From NCBI GenBank assembly GCA_951406725.2, contig OX597833.1, positions 66,836,001-66,900,000 of the forward strand: DNA of 64,000 nucleotides, in the 5' to 3' direction. Below are positions 54,325 through 64,000 of the stretch, piece after piece (position 1 is the stretch's first letter; each line of letters starts with the position of its first letter). The notes beneath the pieces are model-generated. The model ran no database searches. It saw only the letters and a list, made by a program, of their open reading frames with translations, and was not told where the DNA came from. This stretch comes from Octopus vulgaris (lineage: Eukaryota). The position numbers and the translations under genes were made by a program.

Positions 54325-54729
54325 TATGTATATACATTACATATAATTTCTTTATTATAGCATATTTGGCTTACAACCGTTTCCAGTAGTCATTATAGGT
54401 ATATTATTGATCGGTCTACTCAAGTGATCTAGATCAATAAACCAATTGAGGAAGCCTACCAATTATGTAACTACAGTGACTCCACGAAACAGCTGTAAAC
54501 AATATTTTCTTTATTGTGTTCCACTTCTGTCTCGTGTATTCCACTCTGTTTATCTGGAACTCATCCACGGATTTACAATATAGAACTGTGATGAAACATA
54601 ACTTGAGACTCTACCAAAATATTACCTGGAGTTCTTCGCTAATCTAAGCAATATTATTAGCCTGGTCTGTCAACAAAGAGTTGATGAAGTATTTTGCCCG
54701 GATTGATAATCCCTCACTATACACACGTG

Positions 54730-54792
<63 letters not shown>

Positions 54793-54978
54793 GTATTGAT
54801 ATATGGACAATTTAGGTGGTGTTAGAGTCGGATCATGGGTGCTATTTTCAGCATGGTGGTATCTCATAGATACCCTAATTTATAATTTTAACAATTATCA
54901 TCTTTGAAGGTTTTTCTTTTTCCATGCTGACCACTTGATAAAATCATTATTTTATTTTTAAAATAACGATCTTACTCT

Positions 54979-55066
<88 letters not shown>

Positions 55067-56016
55067 ATATTTATGTATAAACGACGTGCATAAAGTTCAA
55101 AGTACATATACAAATAGGAATGTGTGGCAACTCTAAAATTTTTATCACAAGTCTCGTCACCGAGGTAACAAGCGATTCGCGGAAAATATTCTGAGGAAGC
55201 CCTGTGCATTTTATGATACAAGAATCTTTGAGAATGTGCTCTGAGCCATAATATTACAGCTGCTGCCATTCCCTGATTGAATAAATATTATTTATGTTCT
55301 ACACAACGTTGTTTTAATATAATGCTGTTCCATGTGCACAAATCGATCTATACATTTCTCCCTCTATCTCACTATCTCTGTCTATATATTAATGGAGAGT
55401 GACATACTAAAGAGAGTACCTTTATTCATTATCAAACGAAGCGCATACCAGTTGCGACGTATATATTCTGGTTTACGTTACATTTTGATTTCCACCTGCC
55501 AGCTATTAGACTAAGGTATCCATATATTTTCTCCTGTCATATATGTTCGATAATTAATCCGCTTACAGCAAGGCATCTCTTATGTAACCTTAATCAATTA
55601 ACATTATACTTATCTCAATCTGGATAAATGATAAAAGGAAAATACCCGTCAAATTCTTACCGACACACGTCTTACATTCCGATCCCCTCTTTGTCATCTC
55701 TATGCATACATACGCACATACATATATATATACATATATATTTACACACACACACACATATATATATATACATGTATATATTTATATAATGCACACACAC
55801 ATACGCGCGAGCAGATACACACACTCACACAGACACAGACACACACACACACACATATGTATATATATATATATAAGGGTAGATGTTACTTTTCTCTATC
55901 TTTAAGTTTCTGCCAATTATTAACCTCAACCTATATCGACAAAGAGATTTTATTTCATTCCTTACGTATGTACATACAAGTATCGTATACACATATATTT
56001 AATCCCAAAAAATACG

Positions 56017-56072
<56 letters not shown>

Positions 56073-56075
<3 letters not shown>

Positions 56076-56225
56076 GGAAGCTTTATGAAAATAAACAAAA
56101 GACGAAGGCAGGTGGAATACAAACAAACAATTCTATTAGTATGGCGCTCAGGAGTATAAATAAAACAAGTCTTTTACGTTTCTAGCCTACGCTCGTCAAC
56201 AGAAAGATACACAGAAAAGAAACAC
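56073..56225 (-). mobile_element. Family C copy with hammerhead-like motif (56170-56207)
   Basis: Minus strand TCTTT-CTGTTGA-C-GAGC-GTAG-GCTA-GAA-ACGT-A-AAAGA; TA tracts on both sides. Confidence 0.75.
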
Positions 56226-56730
56226 GTATATATATATATATATACGTATACATTTATATATAGGTTCATGTGTTCGTACATACATATGCATACATTTATG
56301 CACGTATACTTACAGACATATGTAGTCAGAAGTCAAATATGCTAGTATCAGCGCTACTACTAGTATGATAGCGCTGACTGTCGTCAGTGTAAAGGACATG
56401 CGCATCCATATGTACGTCATACCTGAATGAGTATAACTGTTGGTATAAGGATGTTTTGAACACGTTTCCTGATAGACCAAAACAGTAACTTGAGAGTATT
56501 GATGCAAGGAGAATTGATGAATTTGAATTTGACGTATCGATGTGTATACAAACAAAGAAAAAGAAGCAAAGATGCATACATACATAAATACATACATACA
56601 TATATGCAATCATACATACATATATAAATACATACATACATACATACATACATACATACATACATACATACATACATAAATACACATACATACATACATA
56701 CAGACATACATACATACATACATAAATACA

Positions 56731-56764
<34 letters not shown>

Positions 56765-56814
56765 AATGCATACATACATATATACATACATACATACATA
56801 CATACATACAAAAC

Positions 56815-56980
56815 GCCTGGTTAGAGACTCTGCCTTTCGAGGCCTTTTACAGTGATTAGAAAAAAAAAACTGAAGGACCGCTGCAATATATGTGTGAATC
56901 TGAGTGGCAAACCCATAATTATCTGATCCTCCTGTATTTTCTGAGACCCAAAACCAGGAACTTTTCAGCACCTTCCTCTA
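56815..56980 (+). mobile_element. Mariner 3' end (transposase tail and right TIR)
   Basis: KKLKDRCNICVNLSG resembles the mariner C-terminus; ends ccaggaacttttcagcaccttcctc-ta, reverse complement of a (TA)GAGG..GTGCTGAAAAGTTCCTGG mariner-like TIR. Confidence 0.5.
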
Positions 56981-57543
56981 TGCACTCACCTTCAATAACA
57001 CAAACATATTTTGCACTCTACCCAGAAATATATTTCGCCGTATATATATATATTTGTCGCCCAAGTTCTTCTGGAGTTGCATTGAGCTGCACTTTCCTCG
57101 GACATATCGTCGGGTTTGAACTTATCCAGCTTTCGTAAATGTCTATTTTGTTATTGCTTTTCAACAAATTCCACTCCGCGTATTTTCTCATATTAGAGTT
57201 TTTAGTCAAAACATAACCTTTTTGAATTTCACGAGAAAAGTTCACCCGAGGTTATGTTCGAATATTTTCGCATCTGTTGATCTATATTTTGATGGTCGTA
57301 TTTCAACGATTGCTTCAATATTTTTGCATACGTTTTCAATGAAGTTACTGATCTGAATTTTCGTCAAATTAATGTCTTCCTGTATTCTATGTTTTACACA
57401 CACATACACATACACCCCACACACACATATATATAATATATACATAGATATAGATATAGATGTGGATATATATATATATATAAATGAGTGTGTGCATATA
57501 CAAATATATATACATGCATATACATGCATACATACTTACATAT

Positions 57544-57590
<47 letters not shown>

Positions 57591-57682
57591 TATATATATA
57601 TATATATGCTTATACATATATACGTATATATATATACATATATATATATACATCTATACTTATATACGTATATATATATACG

Positions 57683-57728
<46 letters not shown>

Positions 57729-58365
57729 CCTATACATATATACATACACGCACACAAACATATATACATATATTTATATATATATGTGTGTGTGTATATA
57801 TTGTGTGTCTATATATATATGTAGATGTATACAAATAGAAATATGAATGAAAGAAGGCGGGTGAGAAGTTGAGACATTACAGCATTGATGTGTAAATAAG
57901 CTTGTGGACACATTCACACACACACACACACACGTATATATATATGCATTTAAATATATGTTTGTGTGCGTGTGTGTGTGTGGCGTCGCCATGTGTCTCA
58001 ATGAATGTGTTTTCATGTGTGATTTAATGTACGGTCGTTTTTGCAGTGTTTGTCTGGTGTAAAAACGGTCGTTGATGATGGGCTGCCGTCCACATTATCG
58101 ATGTCTCAGTGAAGAAAGTGAGAACACAGCTGTGAGCCAGCGAGCGATCTAACTTTAACTGCCGAGTGTAATATTATGGAAAATGTGTGTCGGTGTTTTT
58201 GTGCTTTGTGTGTGTGTTCTTGAGTGTGTGAGTGTGTGTGTGTGTGTTTGTGTGTGTGTCTGTTCGTGTTAATTCAAATTGGTAATGTCAATTTCATAAC
58301 CTGTTTTGACCTCTTAGGTCTAAGAAATCCAAAGTCTCACAGTCAGAAAAATAGAGAGACAGAGA

Positions 58366-58403
<38 letters not shown>

Positions 58404-58613
58404 AAAGAAGCATTAAAATAAAAACAGCCCCTAAAAAGTTAAAATAAATAAAAAGAAAGAATAATAATAGAAATCTTATAAATATAATAATGTTGTCGAT
58501 GATGACGACAACGACGACGATTATGATGCCGCTGTTGCTGCTGCTGCTGCTGATAGTGATGAGGGCGATGGTGATGATGAAGACGATGGTGATGATAATG
58601 GTGTTGATGATGA

Positions 58614-58705
58614 AATAATAATAATAATAATAATAATAATCCTAATAATAACAATAATAAAAATAATGATAATAATAAAAATAATGATAATAATAAAAAT
58701 AATGA

Positions 58706-58801
<96 letters not shown>

Positions 58802-58919
58802 TAATAATGATAATAATAATAATGATGATGATAATAATAACAATAATAATAACAATAATAATAATAATAATGATGATAATAATAATAATAATTATAATAA
58901 TAATAATAATAATAATAAC

Positions 58920-58969
<50 letters not shown>

Positions 58970-59022
58970 GAACAATAATAATAATAATAATAATAATAAT
59001 GATAATAATAATAATAATAATG

Positions 59023-59074
<52 letters not shown>
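58614..59074. repeat. Long (TAA)n microsatellite with TGA/CAA variants
   Basis: Directly visible; further arrays at 60314-60409 and 60596-60803. Confidence 0.95.
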
Positions 59075-59075
<1 letters not shown>

Positions 59076-59424
59076 GATAAATATAGATTTATTGCAATAA
59101 AATATGCGTAAAGATGGCCAAATTCAGAAGTCTACGTTGAATTTTACCACTGACCACTGATCTTTGGTTCTCTCTGTTTTGTTGTTGTTGCCGTTGTTGT
59201 TGTTCTGTTTTAGAACAGACTGTTTTCTGTATGGTTCCGTTCAGTTTTTCTCTATGTTAGATGCGTTTATAGCTTCTCACCTTTGCTATGTTTATTCAGG
59301 TCTTACAACGGCATTCGGCTTTTTAAATTGATGAACATGAGGAGTTTGAAAAGCATGATATGGAGTCTGCTGTAGGAAGCAGTGATAACGAGAGGGAACA
59401 AAAGGAAAGAATAAAAATAAGAAA

Positions 59425-60310
59425 TGATTTCAAATTTCGGTGGCGGGGCAAGTCGACCCCAATGAGTAGCTGGTACTTATTTTATCAACCCTTTTTAAGG
59501 GTGACAGGTAAAGTCGACCTCGGCGGAATTTGAACTCAGAACGTAAAGAAGGACGAAATACCGCCACGCACTTAACCCCTCGTGCTAACGATTCTGTCAC
59601 CTCTCGGTCTTAATACATAATAGCCCTTTCTGCTATAGGCGCAACGCCTGAAACCATTACTCAAATGGTAGTTGTGTTATCGACCACGAAAGGATGAAAG
59701 GTAAAGTCGACTGCTGCGGAGTTTGAACTCAGAAGTAAAGACGGGCGAGATTCCGCCAAGCATTTTGTCTGGCATGCTAACGATTCTGCCAGCTCAAAGT
59801 CTTAATAAATATTAATAATAATAATAATAATACCCTTTGCTTCTAGAAGCACAAGGCCTGGAATTTGAGGGTAGAGGACTACATCGACCCTAGTGGTCAA
59901 CTGGTACTTAATTTATCGATCCTATAAGGATTAAAGGTAAAGTCGACCTCGGCGGAGTTTGAACTCGGAACGTAGAGACGGGCGAAATACCGTTAAGCAT
60001 TTCGTCCGGCGGCTAACGATTCTGCCAGCTCACCACCTTCTAAGTAATAATAATAATAATGATTTCAAATTTTTGCCACAAGGGCAACTTTGGGGACGGA
60101 ATTAATTCGATTACATCGACCCCGTTGTGTAACTGGTACTTATTTAATCCTCCCCAGTGCGTAACTGGTACTTATTTAATCTACCCCATAAAGGGTGAAC
60201 GGCGAAGTCGACCTCGTCAGAATTTTGACCTCAGAGCGTAGCGGCAGACGAAATACCGCTAAGCAAACACTTCGTCCAGCGTACTATCGATTCTGCTGGC
60301 TCATCACATT
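59425..60310 (-). mobile_element. Four stacked, same-orientation family A SINE monomers separated by short (TAA)n
   Basis: aaagtcgacctcggcggaatttgaactcagaacgta-like core at ~59510, ~59703, ~59939 and ~60205. Confidence 0.85.
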
Positions 60311-60313
60311 ATA

Positions 60314-60409
<96 letters not shown>

Positions 60410-60598
60410 TAGAAGAGCATTGTCGATGTGAGAACTATTACTACCCATGTATTCTAATTTAATTTGTAAAGAAATGAACGAACTAGTGAGTTTAGTTTAA
60501 TGGCCTACCAATGTATACTATGAGTTTCTTTGTCCTAGGAGTTGGGAAGACACTCGGCAAGAAATTGAAGCAAATTTGAGAGAAGAAAAAAAGATAAC

Positions 60599-60639
<41 letters not shown>

Positions 60640-60647
60640 TAATAATA

Positions 60648-60725
<78 letters not shown>

Positions 60726-60734
60726 TTGATAATG

Positions 60735-60795
<61 letters not shown>

Positions 60796-61182
60796 TAATA
60801 ATAAGATTATGTTACTGTCCCGTGATGATTCTGGCGTTATAAGTCAATGAGGTAACCTCTAGCGGATGGTAAAACAAGCTAGAAATATCTCCCTCATATT
60901 ACTTCCTATTGTCCTTATATATAGTAACTTGTTTAGGACTTAGATTCTGCTTTGTTATCGACCTGAGGATTTATGAAGCCGTAGCTTAAAACGGATTTTG
61001 TGTCGTAGAAGTTTCCTGAGATTACAACACCTTCTCAACTTCTTAATCTTCATCCCGTTTTCTCGGGAAGTTAATTCCACACAGTTACAGCTAACTGGGC
61101 TGGAATAACGTGAAATGCAGTATTTTTCTCCAAAACACCGAACACAATCTGGTCCGCGAATCGAAAGCGCCACACACACATT

Positions 61183-61260
<78 letters not shown>

Positions 61261-61883
61261 ATATTGATTTTTAATCTAGCGATTTTTTCAATTCCATTCG
61301 AACATTCTGTTAATTTAAACAGTTTTCTTTGACATAGAATTTCATTTTCTTCAGTTTTAATTTTGTTCTCCGCTTCAGCACTTTTTTTTCAACAGACTGG
61401 AAATATTTCTTATTCAAATATGCTTCTTATCATTTCATATTCGTTTCTCAATTATTATATATTATATTATGCTACTTCGTCGTGTTATAATGCTGAACGA
61501 TATTAATTTTGTAAAGTGAAATAATGCTTTATTTTAGCACATGTGAAAATCTAATACTCATTTTGATTATCACATTTTCATCGTTACATCGTTATGTTTC
61601 ATTTATTTTTAAACTGTTTCCGTAGTTGCTTTTGTAAAACAAACACATTAAAAATTAGCGTGGTACAGACACAGGCACACACACACAAACACACACACGC
61701 ATGTGGACCACCACGCACACATACAAACACTTGTACATTTGGGAATATTTTTATACATCTGTGTGTTTTTGTATCTGTCGACGATTGTATGAGCGGATGC
61801 ATAACGAAAATCGTGTGTACCCGTGGTTCTGTGTCTGGTTTTTCTGCAACCCACCCTCCATATATTGTGTGTGTATAGGTGTG

Positions 61884-61945
<62 letters not shown>

Positions 61946-61964
61946 TCACACATATATACACACG

Positions 61965-62555
61965 CACGTGATTAGCAGCTGTCTTAAAATGTCGTCACTT
62001 TAGTAACCACTTATGCGGCACACTGCTGTTGCTAAAACAATTTTCAATGTCATCCACAGAAAAGACTGTCCTGAAATAAACTTAGAAAATCCGTCAGTTA
62101 TAGAATACATTCATAATCACCAACTCAAGGAATACTGGTGGAATATTATGTAAGCATAACAGGCCGGATATTGTTATTTGGAAAAGAGGGGCAAAGGTAT
62201 GTAACATCATAGAGGTTAACCGAAAATCAAAGAAAAAGAGGCTATCTATAGATAATTATTTCGAAACCTCCATCTGCTATATCCAGACTATGAATTCATA
62301 TTCATACCAATAATAATTGGAACACTAGGTTTTTTTAGTAAATGCTAAATGGGAATCTGGATAAACTGGGATTTTTAGAGAGAAATTGGCCGGCTGATTT
62401 GTACAATACAAGTGCAATCTGTGAGTGGAACAGTAAAAATATGCAAAACTTCTCTCAAGTTTCAAATGCGAATTAGTCTGTGTTAACTACTTCCCAAAGA
62501 TGGAGCCTTGTGTCTTTGTTGGAAACCGGTTCCCTTCTTAGTGGAATATTTATAA
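61965..62555 (+). pseudogene. Decayed REL-endonuclease LINE (R4/Dong-like) C-terminus and 3'UTR
   Basis: HVISSCLKMS..MRHTAVAKTI (end of CCHC knuckle plus RH), EYWWNI, KHNRPDIVIW..CNIIEV (PD-(D/E)xK), KEKEAIY, FIPIIIGTLG, SVSGTVKICKT; stops and frameshifts present. Confidence 0.82.
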
Positions 62556-62589
62556 TAATTAAAAATGCACCCTAAGGAATTTTTTGATG

Positions 62590-62680
62590 TTATTATTATC
62601 ATCGAGGCCACTGTCTAGCATCGAACTCGGAAACATTGGGGTTGGTAGCCCGCGCCCTTAACCACTACGCCATGTGGTGG
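62590..62680 (-). mobile_element. Short tRNA-like SINE head with (TAA)-like tail
   Basis: Minus strand tggcgtagtggttaagggcg (A box)..cgagttcgatgc (B box); no proper acceptor stem. Confidence 0.6.
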
Positions 62681-63497
62681 TCTATTATAAATATGTACTG
62701 TTAAAGAGTTGACAAAACCCCCACCCATGCCAAGAAAGAGAACAATGCCTCCCTTTTTATGTTATCTCGTCTCTTGAATAAATAATTACCGAAAATAAAT
62801 CATTATGTAAATCCAATTAAAAAAATTAAATATCTAAATTTAAAATTAATTGTAAATATAGATCAAACAAGGAATATTAATTTCGTAGATTAATATTCAT
62901 CACCGTTGAATTAGTTGCGGAAAAAAATATAAACAATGATAAATGATAAAAAAATAAAGCTGCAATAAAATGTCTCCTCACCCTTAATAAAACGCAGCAT
63001 TATTTTCTTGTGTTCTACAAATATATATGGCACACTGTATAACCATTCTAAACAATAAAAGAAAAATAGTAAAGAACCCACAAAAAAAAAAAACAGAATA
63101 GAAACGGAAATAATTATGAACAGAATTGAATTCAAAGAGCTTTGCTGATTTATCTGGCATTTAAAAACCTAATGACATACTCTTGTTAAATTTATTAGGT
63201 TGAAAACAGTAAAAAGGAAGAAATACAAATAAATTAAATTATTTTTTTCTTTTAAAAAAGTAAATATAATATAATATAATATAATATATAAATATTAGTG
63301 ACGGTATATGTGTGCGGTTATAAGATTTGTTTGCTAATCGACAGCTTTCGGGTTCAATACCATTACTCGGGCACGCACTTCGGCAACTATCTTCTAGTGT
63401 TGTCTGCGTAGACGAGGGCCTACTGAGTGAAAAGTGTAAGGAAATTGTATCAAGTCCGTCGAATGTATGCGTGTGTGGTAGTGTGTGTGCGTATGTG

Positions 63498-63544
<47 letters not shown>

Positions 63545-63750
63545 ATATATATGTCTAGATCTCAATGTGTCACAAGAGCGTGAGTTCGAGTTGATAAGAT
63601 AAATTGGTCGTGCAAGTGGCTCAGTGCTCCACAGACAAAAGTACTCTTAACACAGTTCTCAGGAGGATTCAGTGTGGCGCCAAATATGACAAGGAACGCA
63701 TATCGAATAACAGGTACTGCTGGAATGCAGAATTGTATATATATATATAC

Positions 63751-63797
<47 letters not shown>

Positions 63798-63834
63798 TTT
63801 ATATACGCATTTATATATGTGTGTGTATATATAT

Positions 63835-64000
63835 AGGCACGAGAATGAGTGGTGGTCAGTAGCTTGCTTAAAAGTCACACGGTTCCGGGTTCAGTCCCAA
63901 TGCGTGGAACCATGGGCAAATGTCTTCTAGTATAGTTTCGGGCCGACCAAAGCCTTGTGAGTGGATTTAGTAAACGGAAACTGAAAGAATCCCGTCGTAT
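63835..64000 (+). mobile_element. Family B SINE 5' half, cut by the window end
   Basis: ggttccgggttcagtccc..gggcaaatgtcttct..gggccgaccaaagccttgtgagtggattt..cggaaactgaaagaatcccgtcgtat. Confidence 0.85.

Noticed and set aside
56347-56376. Hairpin tcagcgcta/tagcgctga as pre-miRNA or Helitron end
   Set aside because: Only a 9-bp stem, no extended pairing and no CTRR terminus.
57045-57395. Possible LINE ORF1 remnant on the minus strand (also 28860-29125)
   Set aside because: Coding-like composition but no motif identifiable with confidence; needs a BLASTX/HHpred search.
59160-59182. miR-9-like start tctttggtt
   Set aside because: The match ends after 9 nt and no complementary arm was seen.
62605-62680. 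tRNA gene (also considered at 27620-27684 and 48953-49000)
   Set aside because: A/B boxes are present but there is no intact cloverleaf or acceptor stem; they continue into SINE bodies or tails.

Overview
AT-rich, microsatellite-saturated eukaryotic non-coding DNA. It is most likely a large intron or gene desert of a coleoid cephalopod (Octopus-like); this is inferred from SSR density and the tRNA-SINE repertoire, not from a database search. No host protein-coding exon could be supported, and almost all ORFs in the track are translations of (TA)n, (CA)n, (TATG)n, (ATCT)n, (TAA)n or (GAA)n tracts. The real coding remnants are all transposon-derived: a young, internally deleted R4/Dong-like non-LTR element inside a (TAA)n array (11245-12225), two older Dong-like fragments, two RTE-clade fragments (one with a clean 5' inversion), three mariner fragments and a possible APE-endonuclease remnant. 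At least four tRNA-derived SINE families with shared modules are present; the commonest occurs as 184-bp-unit dimers/trimers bounded by TSDs. The most notable signal is about 8-10 minimal type-I hammerhead-ribozyme-like motifs with palindromic stem III and variant cores (CUGUUGA, CUGUGGA, CCGACGA). Five of them lie in a short non-coding repeat family whose 3' end is always fused to (TA)n, suggesting a Penelope-associated, microsatellite-anchored ribozyme retroelement. Several long inverted repeats (potential dsRNA) also occur. Coordinates of degenerate repeats are approximate.
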